Shown: positions 18,846-27,806 of the stretch, in pieces | Position numbering within the stretch: position 1 is the stretch's first letter | Layout: each line of letters opens with the position of its first letter | Source of the DNA: a virus | Taxonomy: Duplodnaviria > Heunggongvirae > Uroviricota > Caudoviricetes | Virus record (IMG/VR): IMGVR_UViG_2778261384_000002 | DNA: 32,626 bases | Direction: 5' to 3' (one strand) | The notes under the pieces: model-generated | Seen by the model: only the letters and a program-made list of their open reading frames with translations | Database searches by the model: none | Told to the model about the DNA's origin: nothing | Made by a program: the position numbers and the translations under genes

Positions 18846-20618
18846 ATGAAATATTCAGACGAATTAAGGGGAATGGCGAAAGCCCTTTATTTAAAGGGAC
18901 TCACCCCGAAAGAAATCGCCGCCCAGTTAAATCTGCCATCTGCGCGGATTATTTATCACTGGGCTGACGTGGGCGAATGGCGCGACCAGATGAAGGTCGT
19001 AAACATTGAAGACGCGATCGCGCGCCGCATTGCCCTGCTGACTGACCGGGAAAAGAAAACACCCGGCGAACTGGACGAACTGGACCGCCTGATCGGCCAT
19101 CACGTCAAACTGCTGACATCCAGAAATAAGCACGCTGAAAGAATGGCGGAAATAGACGCACGCGGACCCAGTGAAACATCGCGCGCAGCAGCCCCGGACG
19201 ACAGCGACGGCAAATCACGCCAGAAGAAAAGGCGCGCGAATGACGTCAGCCACCTGACAGAAGCTGATTTTGAGCGCTTCCTTTCGACACTGTTCGGCTA
19301 TCAGAAACGGCTGCATGAGAATTTAAGCCAGAAGATCCGCAACATACTGAAAAGCCGTCAGATCGGCGCGACATACTATTTTGCGTTTGAAGCGTTCGAA
19401 AACGCGACGCTGACCGGCGACCCGCAAATATTTCTTTCTGCCAGTAAGCGACAATCAGAAGTTTTCCGGTCATACATTGTCAATATCGCGTTGCAGGAAT
19501 TCGGCGTTACGCTGAAAGGCAACCCGATCAAACTGAACACCGCGCACGGCATCGCCGAACTGCATTTTCTGGCGACCAACAGCAACACCGCGCAGTCGAA
19601 TTCCGGTCACGTTTATATTGATGAATATTTCTGGATACCGAAATTTAATCGCCTTAATGACGTTGCGTCAGCGATGGCGACCCATGACAGATGGCGTTTA
19701 ACGTACTTTTCCACGCCGTCCGCTAAAACGCATGAGGCTTACCCGTTCTGGACCGGTGAAACATGGAAAGGCGGCAATAAAAAGCGGCGGGCGGCAGTCT
19801 TCCCGACGTTTGACGAAATGCGCGACGGCGGGCGACTTTGCCCGGATAAACAATGGCGGTACGTCATCACCCTGGAAGATGCGATCGCGGGCGGCTTCAA
19901 TCTGGCCAACATTGACGACTTGCGCGATCGCTACAGTGAAACCGCTTTTGCCATGCTGTTTATGTGCCAGTTTGTGGACGACAAAAACAGCGTGTTCAGG
20001 TTTTCCGACGTGGTGCGCTGCGGTGTGGAAACCAGCAAATGGAAGGATTACCAGCCCGGCAACGCGCACCCATATAACGGGGAGGTGTGGGGCGGGTTCG
20101 ACCCCGCGCGAACCGGCGACAACGCGACATTTGTCATTGTTGCCATTCCATCCACCCTGGCCGAAATGTTCCGCGTTCTGGAAAAGTATCACTGGCGCGG
20201 TTTGTCGTTTCAGTACATGGCGGATCAGATAGAAAAACTATTCCGGCTGTTCAATATGACGTTTATCGGCGTTGACGTGACCGGCATCGGCTACGGCGTG
20301 TTTGAACTGATCCAGAACTTCGCCCGCCGCCAGGCAGTGGCAATCCGCTACAACGTCGAAACGAAAACCCAGCTTGTACTGAAAATGATAGACGTCATCG
20401 AAAACCAGCGGATCGAATGGGACGCCCAGGAAAAGGACATTGCAGCGTCATTTATGAGCGTCAAAAAGGCGACCACGCAGAGCGGCGACAACCTGACGTT
20501 CATTGCAGACCGCAGCGCAGAGCACGGTCACGCCGATGTTTTCTTTGCAATCGCTCACGCGCTCTTTAATGAGCCGTTGAACTGGAAAAATAAACGTAAA
20601 TCAACATGGGCCGTATAA
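18846..20618 (+). CDS. Terminase large (ATPase) subunit, P2 gpP-like
   Basis: 590 aa (P2 gpP is 590 aa); divergent from the O-N-M-L operon and followed by the portal gene with TAAATG overlap. Confidence 0.9.
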   Translation: MKYSDELRGMAKALYLKGLTPKEIAAQLNLPSARIIYHWADVGEWRDQMKVVNIEDAIARRIALLTDREKKTPGELDELDRLIGHHVKLLTSRNKHAERMAEIDARGPSETSRAAAPDDSDGKSRQKKRRANDVSHLTEADFERFLSTLFGYQKRLHENLSQKIRNILKSRQIGATYYFAFEAFENATLTGDPQIFLSASKRQSEVFRSYIVNIALQEFGVTLKGNPIKLNTAHGIAELHFLATNSNTAQSNSGHVYIDEYFWIPKFNRLNDVASAMATHDRWRLTYFSTPSAKTHEAYPFWTGETWKGGNKKRRAAVFPTFDEMRDGGRLCPDKQWRYVITLEDAIAGGFNLANIDDLRDRYSETAFAMLFMCQFVDDKNSVFRFSDVVRCGVETSKWKDYQPGNAHPYNGEVWGGFDPARTGDNATFVIVAIPSTLAEMFRVLEKYHWRGLSFQYMADQIEKLFRLFNMTFIGVDVTGIGYGVFELIQNFARRQAVAIRYNVETKTQLVLKMIDVIENQRIEWDAQEKDIAASFMSVKKATTQSGDNLTFIADRSAEHGHADVFFAIAHALFNEPLNWKNKRKSTWAV

Positions 20619-21647
20619 ATGGCAAAACGTAAAAAGCAACAACCAGCCCCCGCGCCAGCTATTCAAAAACAGATGTCTTTTAGCGTGGAATTCGGCGACG
20701 CCGAGCGCGTGCCGTGCCTGGGTTCATATGATGGCGTAACGGATGAAGGGGACGGCTACTGGACGCCGCCCATTGACCGGGAATCGCTGGCAAAATTGCC
20801 CGACATCGCAACGTACCACGGCGCATGTCTGGGGGCGCGCGCAAAAATGGTCGCTGCGGGTTTTCTGCGCGGCGGCGGTCTGACGCCTGAAACCGCGCTG
20901 GCACTGGCCGTTAATTTCGTGACATTCGGTGATGTCGCGTTGCTGAAAATCCGTAACGGTTTCGGGCAGGTTGTACGCCTTTACCCGCTGCCGTCTGTTT
21001 ATGTGCGGCGTTCCACAGATGGCAAAACAAAATTATTGTTACGCGACGGTGAATATAAAGAGTATGCCGCAAAAGATATTATCTTTATTCGTCAGTATGA
21101 TACGTTGCAGCAGATTTACGGAAAACCGGATTATTTAGGCGGAATCCAGTCGGCGATGTTAAACAGTGACGCGACCATGTTTCGCCGTAAATATTACCGC
21201 AACGGAGCGCACTTAGGTTATATCCTGTACGCGACCGATCCGGACTTATCGCCGGAAATGGAAAAAGAAATTTCAGAAAAGATAGAACAATCAAAAGGTG
21301 CAGGTAATTTCCGCAGTATGTTTATTAACATCCCCAACGGTAAACCGGACGGCGTTAAAATTATCCCAGTGGGTGATGTCGCAACAAAAGACGAATATGT
21401 GAATATTAAGCGCATATCCGCACAGGACCAGTTAACCGCCCATCGTTTCCCGCCCGGCCTTGCGGGCATCATTCCGGATAACGTGGGCGGGCTGGGCGAT
21501 CCGTTAAAAGTCCGAGCCGTATATCAATTAGATGAAGTCTGGCCCATGCAGGCGCTAATTGAGAATGCAATCAATAGTGATTCCGAAATTACCCGCGCAA
21601 TGCAGGTGTTATTCAAAAAACCGAAAGCGATAGAGGATGAAAAATAA
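20619..21647 (+). CDS. Portal protein, P2 gpQ-like
   Basis: 342 aa directly after terminase P; size and order match the P2 P-Q operon. Confidence 0.9.
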   Translation: MAKRKKQQPAPAPAIQKQMSFSVEFGDAERVPCLGSYDGVTDEGDGYWTPPIDRESLAKLPDIATYHGACLGARAKMVAAGFLRGGGLTPETALALAVNFVTFGDVALLKIRNGFGQVVRLYPLPSVYVRRSTDGKTKLLLRDGEYKEYAAKDIIFIRQYDTLQQIYGKPDYLGGIQSAMLNSDATMFRRKYYRNGAHLGYILYATDPDLSPEMEKEISEKIEQSKGAGNFRSMFINIPNGKPDGVKIIPVGDVATKDEYVNIKRISAQDQLTAHRFPPGLAGIIPDNVGGLGDPLKVRAVYQLDEVWPMQALIENAINSDSEITRAMQVLFKKPKAIEDEK

Positions 21648-21964
21648 TGGCTAAACGGTTAAAATATACCCCGTTCAAAAATAGATTAAGGGGAATCAAA
21701 TTGCGCAGCCCGAAAATTATCTGTCCGGAATGCAACGGCAATTCAACGATCAAAAAGACCGTGCGGAAACATCCCCATCTATCAGATGTTTATTGCGCCT
21801 GTAATAACGTTGAGTGCGGTCATACTTTCGTTGTAAATATGACATTTTCCCACACCCTAAGCCCCAGCGCGCTTTCATCAGACCGCGCTATCAAAACGCT
21901 TATCGATATGATGTCACCCGGCCAGCGTCAAATCGCTTTAAACCTTTTACAGCCCAACATGTAA
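21647..21964 (+). CDS. Ogr/Delta-family zinc-finger late transcription activator
   Basis: 105 aa with CPEC...(22 aa)...CACNNVECGHTF, matching the Ogr CxxC-N22-CxxxxC zinc-finger arrangement; start overlaps the portal stop. Confidence 0.7.
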   Translation: MAKRLKYTPFKNRLRGIKLRSPKIICPECNGNSTIKKTVRKHPHLSDVYCACNNVECGHTFVVNMTFSHTLSPSALSSDRAIKTLIDMMSPGQRQIALNLLQPNM

Positions 21965-21993
21965 AAAAACCGCCGTATTGGCGGTTTTTTATA
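21965..21993. terminator. Bidirectional rho-independent terminator
   Basis: AAAAAAA-CCGCCG-tatt-GGCGGT-TTTTTT hairpin with A-run and T-run, between the convergent ogr-like gene (+) and HEPN-motif gene (-). Coordinates approximate. Confidence 0.6.
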
Positions 21994-22006
21994 TCTATAA
22001 ATTTTG

Positions 22007-22786
22007 TTATTCAGTTTCTTGTAAAAGATGCTCTTGTAAATTGCTTTCGGCAGCATCAATCCAAACAGACATACTCTCAACAAAATTAGAAATATCTTCC
22101 AACGCTTTGATTAAAATATCTTTACTGAGCGTGATTTTAGTACCTTCTTTATCAAAACCATTTCTATGTACTATGTCATGTCGTATCTTTGCAATTTTAC
22201 AAACCTCTGGTATTTCTTTCTTAACATTATCTGGAACTTTCTCTCCAAGCACAGCGCCGTAAACTTGGACAGTTTTTTCAATGTTATGGTACAAGTAGTC
22301 AGAAAACTTTCGAATAGCCACGGTTTTAACTATATCTGGATTTAAGTATACGTCTTTTAATGATAATTTTTCTTTTTTTAACTCTTCAACATCATCTATT
22401 GCATTTTCAAAAAAATGATTATTCCTAAGAATTAGACTTTTTATCATGTCACCTAGACATGTTTCCATCAGAGTTATTGAATAAGAGTACATCATTTTCA
22501 ATGCTGACTCGGAAGGCTTGGAAGTAATATCGTCTTTCAATTCTTCCATTTGTTCGCTGAATTGCCTGTACGCATAATTTTCTGACCCAAGCCGGAAAAC
22601 TTCATCCTGTAAAAATTCATCTTCCCAATAATCATCATCTGTAAATTGCCCAGATAGATATTGCGCCTTTAAGTCTTCCCACTCCTCATCACCCGGCTCG
22701 ACCCCCAGATCCGCATGTTCCCTTATCCACTCAATCATAGCTTCTTCAGCTTCACAAGCCTCAATGTATCGTTTTACTGAACCCAT
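22007..22786 (-). CDS. Accessory protein with HEPN-like R-x4-H motif (candidate abortive-infection RNase)
   Basis: 259 aa in a distinctly AT-rich segment; AGGGGA Shine-Dalgarno 6 nt upstream of ATG; acidic N-terminus; C-terminal KIRHDIVHRNG contains an R-x4-H motif of the kind found in HEPN nucleases. Confidence 0.45.
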   Translation of the reverse strand: MGSVKRYIEACEAEEAMIEWIREHADLGVEPGDEEWEDLKAQYLSGQFTDDDYWEDEFLQDEVFRLGSENYAYRQFSEQMEELKDDITSKPSESALKMMYSYSITLMETCLGDMIKSLILRNNHFFENAIDDVEELKKEKLSLKDVYLNPDIVKTVAIRKFSDYLYHNIEKTVQVYGAVLGEKVPDNVKKEIPEVCKIAKIRHDIVHRNGFDKEGTKITLSKDILIKALEDISNFVESMSVWIDAAESNLQEHLLQETE

Positions 22787-23010
22787 TTTTTCCCCTATAG
22801 ATTTTTTGCAAGTAGATGTGTCTGAAATGTTAACAGCATAAGGAACATCTTATCAATACTCCCCATCACAGTTATGAAGGATTAACTTAGAAAGCATCAC
22901 ATCACGCTTTCCCCTATTCAGGTCTACCCAGCAAATTATATTCATGCTATCTAATGTTCACGGTCACAATTTAAGTATTTACCGTTTAAATACATGGGGG
23001 TTGATTTAAT

Positions 23011-23292
23011 ATGAATAATGATTTATTAGACTGGCACAAAGCCGACATAATAGCCGCAGTCCACAAAAAAGGGACATCTTTAGCCGCACTTTCTCGCGGG
23101 GTAGGTTTAGGCAGTTCAACGCTTGCAAACGCTCTCACACGTTCTTGGCCGAAAGGTGAAAAGATTATTTCCACTGCGATCGGTGTCGAACCGTGGATCA
23201 TCTGGCCGTCACGCTACCACGACCCAATCACACATGAATTTATTGATCGTGGGCGAATGATGAAAGCACCGAAAAAACAAAACAGCCTTTAG
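23011..23292 (+). CDS. Ner/Nlp-family HTH DNA-binding regulator
   Basis: 93 aa; LDWHKADIIAAVHKKGTSLAALSR...STLANALTRSWPKGE...WIIWPSRYHDPITHEFIDR closely matches E. coli Nlp / phage Mu Ner as recalled. Confidence 0.65.
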   Translation: MNNDLLDWHKADIIAAVHKKGTSLAALSRGVGLGSSTLANALTRSWPKGEKIISTAIGVEPWIIWPSRYHDPITHEFIDRGRMMKAPKKQNSL

Positions 23293-23441
23293 ATTAGAAA
23301 TAGCATTCGCGCCGCAGCCATCGCCACTTCTCCAGCTGGCATTGTCAGATGTGAAACTTTCTATTCGGCTTTATTTTGTGCTTACCCTCCCTGAATGCCC
23401 GCCCACTCGGCGGGCCCTACAGGCAAATACTGTCATTTCCG

Positions 23442-26006
23442 TCAGTGCGGTACCGCAGCACGCCAGCGCGCCATCAGTTCCGCCGTTTTATTTTTCGCCA
23501 TCGCACGCCGCCAGTGCTGGAAGGTGTCAATCAGCACTAATTCGCCGGTGTTCAGGTTTGCCCGGTAAACGTTATCGATCACCGTCGCCTGCCCGCCCTG
23601 CGCCAGTGCCAGCGATTGCGCGCGCCCCAGCGGTATTTTGCGCAATTTCGCCCACGCCATGATGCGCGCGGCCAGTTCTGCCGCCGCAGCAGTGATCGGT
23701 TTTTCAGTCTCGCGAATGACCGCCGCCGCACGTAAATAATTTTCTGCGCGCAACTGGTCCGCGTCCGAACAGTCAGCCGTCGCTATTTGATACGCCATCG
23801 CCTCGAATTCGTCAGCAGCAGACTGTTTACGCTGTTTTTTGTGCGTCAGGCACTCAGCGCGCAGGCGTTTGCGCTGTTCCCGTGTCAATTTGCCGATCAG
23901 AACCTGTTCGGGATCTCCCGGTGGCGACGAGCCGCTGTTTTTCTCTCCCAAAAAGTCTGTTTTGCTGTTTATATTTTGCTCATCTTTTGCTGTTTTTTCA
24001 GGCTCCGTACAGTTATTGACACGAGTCCTAGCGGGCGCAGACGCGCCCTTAAGGTCAAAAGATGAACAGCCATCACCGGGGCGCTCCGCGCTCTCCGGCG
24101 ATTTTTTAACAATGCGAAAATCCCGCAACCTGGTTATTACCGGCGGGATATTAATCAGCGGCATAAATACACCGCGGATAACCGTCAGATATTCGCCCCA
24201 GCTGTTAGGCTCCGGTTTATCCTGATAAAACGTGCGTAACGGTAAATCCGCGCGTTTTGCCAGCGGTCCGCCCATGAGATTAACAAAACCGCCCCAGTCG
24301 CCCGCATCCGCTGCGGCGTGGATCTCGGCAAACAGCGGATTAACCTGATCAGCGGCCTGTTGATTCCCCAGCCTCCGCAGTTCGCGGTACACCGATACCG
24401 GTACACCGCCCAAAAACTGGAACTGTCTGATCCCCCACGTAGACGCCCACGCAGTGGCGTGATGCGCCGTGTCTTTCAGTGGGCGTCCGCTTTCGTCGTC
24501 GCGCTCATTATCCAGCGCGTAACCGTCGATATTTTTTGAGACGTATTTGACGATATAGCCCGTAGCGGTCCCCCGCTCAGGATCAATCGGTTTGAAATCG
24601 AAACGCGGCTGTATACCGTGTTTCGTCGTTAATTCGTCGGCGTCCTCAGCCGTTGCGTAACGCTGCATGACGTCGCGTAGCGCCTCCTGATGCTCCGGCA
24701 GAGTGAATAACAGGCCGTGCCAGTGCGGCGTCGCGTCGTGATGCGCCTCGGCTACACGTAAGCCAAAAGCGCCGATTTCCTGGCGCGCCAGCTCGGCGCG
24801 GATACGCTGCCAGATAGTATTCAGGTATTTTTGAGACTCACGCGGGCTAACGCCCTGCCATTTGGGATTACGATGACCAAACGCGGTAAACGCGTGATAT
24901 TTTGACGGCGCGGTAATAGTAAAAAAGCTGCCGACAAATCCCTGCTCGTTTGCTACCCGCTCAAAACCGCCAATTCGCGTCATAAGCTCAGTGCGGCGGA
25001 TCGCGGGATTGGACGCGCTTTTTTCTATCTGGTCCAGCAGTGAAAAATGCTCGCCTGTTTCCACGTCTTCTATTTCTAAACGCGCCATAATGTCGCGATT
25101 ACGCTCGCGGCGCTCCCGCCAGGCGCTCACGCGTTCTTTACTACAATAGGTAGATACGCTGCGGCGCACATCGCCCAGGGCGATCCGCAAATGTTCCCGC
25201 CAGCGCACGGCGTAACGCAGTAAATTGCGGTTCCAGTAGCGCGCGTCGATCATTTTGCTGATCGCTGCCGCCAGTTCGTCGGGCAACAGACGCGTTTTGT
25301 TTGCCCCTGTCGCTGTGACGTGAAAAACGTTAGCCAGCGTTTTCAATTCAGCATAAAACCGCCGACCGGTTTCGATTTCGTCCAGGTGTCCACAATCTGC
25401 GGCAATTTCTGCCAGCGTGGCGTTTGCGTAAATTGCGACATCCTGCGCCAGCAATTCAACATCCTCCGGCGAATAATCAGGCAGTGTGTCGAAACGACGG
25501 ATCAGATCGGTGAGTTGTTCAAAATTGTGATAGAGCGGCTCAAGGCCAACAAACGGCGTTTCATAAACCCGCCCAGCATTGCGGGGCGGGTTTATGGAAT
25601 ACCGATTCATAACGGCGGAAATGTGGATTAATTCGCGGCTGGCGATATCTCGCAGCGCCAGCGCCGCGACGTGTCGCCCCTGCTTTTCGTGAGAACGTTC
25701 AACGCGCGCAATCATGCGGCGGCGGACGAATAGCGGGTACGGCTGAAAAGTGGATTTTACACGCTGCCAAAATTCGTATTCGGCGGCGAACTCCTGCGGA
25801 TCGTGTTTCGGAGTCCGATCAACGCTAATTGCTGCGCGCGGGGCGTTCCACGCGTAGGGATACGGTGTATTGTCTGCGCCGCTCCCCAGGAACGGGGGCG
25901 GCGGTGTTGGGGCGTAGCGTCCGCGCGTCAATTGATAGACGCCTTCCACTGCGCAGCTAATGGATCGATTTCGTTGTAATAGGCGGTCATAAATCCGCCT
26001 CTTCAA
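23442..26006 (-). CDS. Replication initiation endonuclease, P2 gpA-like (rolling-circle)
   Basis: 854 aa; motifs YAWNAPR, ITAPSKYH, HHDATPHWHGLLF and YIVKYVSKNIDGYALD match the gpA family; track start is TTG, true start uncertain. Confidence 0.85.
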   Translation of the reverse strand: MKRRIYDRLLQRNRSISCAVEGVYQLTRGRYAPTPPPPFLGSGADNTPYPYAWNAPRAAISVDRTPKHDPQEFAAEYEFWQRVKSTFQPYPLFVRRRMIARVERSHEKQGRHVAALALRDIASRELIHISAVMNRYSINPPRNAGRVYETPFVGLEPLYHNFEQLTDLIRRFDTLPDYSPEDVELLAQDVAIYANATLAEIAADCGHLDEIETGRRFYAELKTLANVFHVTATGANKTRLLPDELAAAISKMIDARYWNRNLLRYAVRWREHLRIALGDVRRSVSTYCSKERVSAWRERRERNRDIMARLEIEDVETGEHFSLLDQIEKSASNPAIRRTELMTRIGGFERVANEQGFVGSFFTITAPSKYHAFTAFGHRNPKWQGVSPRESQKYLNTIWQRIRAELARQEIGAFGLRVAEAHHDATPHWHGLLFTLPEHQEALRDVMQRYATAEDADELTTKHGIQPRFDFKPIDPERGTATGYIVKYVSKNIDGYALDNERDDESGRPLKDTAHHATAWASTWGIRQFQFLGGVPVSVYRELRRLGNQQAADQVNPLFAEIHAAADAGDWGGFVNLMGGPLAKRADLPLRTFYQDKPEPNSWGEYLTVIRGVFMPLINIPPVITRLRDFRIVKKSPESAERPGDGCSSFDLKGASAPARTRVNNCTEPEKTAKDEQNINSKTDFLGEKNSGSSPPGDPEQVLIGKLTREQRKRLRAECLTHKKQRKQSAADEFEAMAYQIATADCSDADQLRAENYLRAAAVIRETEKPITAAAAELAARIMAWAKLRKIPLGRAQSLALAQGGQATVIDNVYRANLNTGELVLIDTFQHWRRAMAKNKTAELMARWRAAVPH

Positions 26007-26391
26007 TCATGCGGTAAGCGATCGCGTAAAATACGGGCGAATGAGGGTGCGCGGTAAAAAGCTCTTCAAGAAAGTCAGGGTAAATACTCAGTTTAAGCAG
26101 ATCACCTCTTGTCAGACCCCAATTAATAAGCACATAGCTATACACAAATAACAGATCAAAACTCAGCAAAACATCGCCAGTCCCCGTCTTATAAACATCA
26201 GTAATCACCCCGGCGACACAAGCCCCTGTCGCCGTTGGCGGATTCTTTCCTGTATCGTCAAAAATAAACTCACGGATAAATAAAAAATCTTCTTTTATAT
26301 AATCCCCCTCATTTAACAGCACCGCGCGTCTTTCGCGTTTTAACACTGGCTGAAAATAATCCGGCTGAATCGCTACTATGTGAATTGTCAT
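25987..26391 (-). CDS. Hypothetical protein with DUF3850/ASCH-like N-terminal motif
   Basis: 134 aa; N-terminus HIVAIQPDYFQPVLKRERRAVLLNEGDYIKEDFLFIREF resembles the DUF3850/ASCH pattern; overlaps flanking genes. Confidence 0.35.
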   Translation of the reverse strand: MTIHIVAIQPDYFQPVLKRERRAVLLNEGDYIKEDFLFIREFIFDDTGKNPPTATGACVAGVITDVYKTGTGDVLLSFDLLFVYSYVLINWGLTRGDLLKLSIYPDFLEELFTAHPHSPVFYAIAYRMIEEADL

Positions 26392-26585
26392 TCCGCGCCC
26401 CTCAAATCAATATTGTCACCGGGTAAAACTCTAATTGCCTGATATCGCGTGGAACGCGTGATCTGTTCATTGCGGTAAAACCCGTCAATAAACACTTCGG
26501 CATCAATTAAATACTGCTCATTCTTTTTTATTTCCCATATGTCAAATACACGGGTAATGACGGCGGGTGCACTAGTCCTCGTCAT
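26388..26585 (-). CDS. Small hypothetical protein (about 65 aa)
   Basis: Internal ATG with GGGGAG Shine-Dalgarno; overlaps the Dam gene stop by 14 nt; no motif recognised. Confidence 0.3.
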   Translation of the reverse strand: MTRTSAPAVITRVFDIWEIKKNEQYLIDAEVFIDGFYRNEQITRSTRYQAIRVLPGDNIDLRGAE

Positions 26586-27588
26586 AGAATTCACTCCCCG
26601 CGCTCGCACAAAAATCGACACTGTCACAAGCTCCACAGCCGCCATCCGGGCAACCCCAAACCGCGCGGCGCTGGGTGTCACAACTACACGGACGGCCCGT
26701 AATCAGGCGACCCCCGCAATATTCACAATGTGGGATATATCCGATCACTTCTTTTGCAGGCTCGCGTTTGCTGGTATTGGCACTGACTGACCGCTGAACA
26801 TTAATTTCCTGAAATGTGAACGGTGCGTAGATTTCTCGCGTGGCGGGCGTGTCGCTGTTGGAAATAACAACCTTTGCAGCACCTCGCGCGCTTATTTCTA
26901 ATAATCTCTGAACTAAGCGGCGGTGGTTGTCCTGGCTGAAGGTCTGCCCATAATATGTGGTAAAGTCTGCTGTTTCGCTGGCGGGTAAATATGGCGGATC
27001 GCAGTAAATAACGAGATTAGGCCCGAAGGGCAGCATTGATAATGTGTCATCAAAATTCATATTGATAAACACCGCATTTGTATCATTCGCCTTTTCTGCA
27101 AACTGCCGGATCTCCTGTTCGGGAAAATACGGCGCTGTCTTATGTCGACCAAACGGAACATTGTATTCCAGTTTATTGTTATAGCGACAAACGCCGTTAT
27201 AACCGTGCCGATTCAAATAGAGAAACCGCGCCGACTGCATTAACGACAATCGCTGCGATGGATATCGGCACCAATCTTTGCGGCAACTTGAATTTAATTC
27301 ATTAAATTCTTTGCGAATCTTTAAATAATATTCTTTTGAATTACCTTCTTTGAATAATTCCCGCGCAACGCAAATAAACAGATTAGTACTATGTTTCACA
27401 TGTTCATACGTGTTTATCAGATCTGAATTAATGTCAGCTAAAACATACTTATCATAACTTGTGTTTAAAAATACCGAACCGCCGCCAACAAACGGTTCCA
27501 TCAGACAATAACCCTTCGGCAAGTGCGGCAGCAGCTCAGGCAAAGCGCGAGTTTTTCCACCTGCCCACTTCAAAAACGGTCTGATCAT
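26572..27588 (-). CDS. Dam-family N6-adenine DNA methyltransferase with Cys-rich C-terminal extension
   Basis: 338 aa; motif I EPFVGGGSVFLN and motif IV DPPY; C-terminal about 60 aa carries 10 cysteines (CEYCGG...PCSCD...GCPDGGCGACDSVDFC). Confidence 0.8.
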   Translation of the reverse strand: MIRPFLKWAGGKTRALPELLPHLPKGYCLMEPFVGGGSVFLNTSYDKYVLADINSDLINTYEHVKHSTNLFICVARELFKEGNSKEYYLKIRKEFNELNSSCRKDWCRYPSQRLSLMQSARFLYLNRHGYNGVCRYNNKLEYNVPFGRHKTAPYFPEQEIRQFAEKANDTNAVFINMNFDDTLSMLPFGPNLVIYCDPPYLPASETADFTTYYGQTFSQDNHRRLVQRLLEISARGAAKVVISNSDTPATREIYAPFTFQEINVQRSVSANTSKREPAKEVIGYIPHCEYCGGRLITGRPCSCDTQRRAVWGCPDGGCGACDSVDFCASAGSEFYDED

Positions 27589-27806
27589 TTTTTATATTCC
27601 TTGTTATATCGTTCGTGAGTTAATAAAGTCCATTGCTGGCCGTCGTTTTTACTCAGTAACCGCCAACATCTGCCGATTGCAATTGACAGATAACCAGTCG
27701 CCAGCCGCCGCACTTTATCGCGGCGACCCTGTCGGAATTCACTAATTAAATTGTGTGCCTGATCAACAACGTAGGCGGGGCAATTATCATTTTTCCGGCG
27801 AATCAT
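27585..27806 (-). CDS. Small hypothetical early protein
   Basis: 73 aa, basic; overlaps both neighbours in the early operon; no motif recognised. Confidence 0.3.
   Translation of the reverse strand: MIRRKNDNCPAYVVDQAHNLISEFRQGRRDKVRRLATGYLSIAIGRCWRLLSKNDGQQWTLLTHERYNKEYKK

Noticed and set aside
19698-20232. Overlapping 164-aa (minus) and 166-aa (plus) ORFs
   Set aside because: Both lie inside the well-supported terminase P gene; alternative-frame artefacts.
23787-25631. Several plus-strand ORFs (92 to 128 aa)
   Set aside because: All are antisense to or out of frame with the gpA replication gene, whose motifs are unambiguous.
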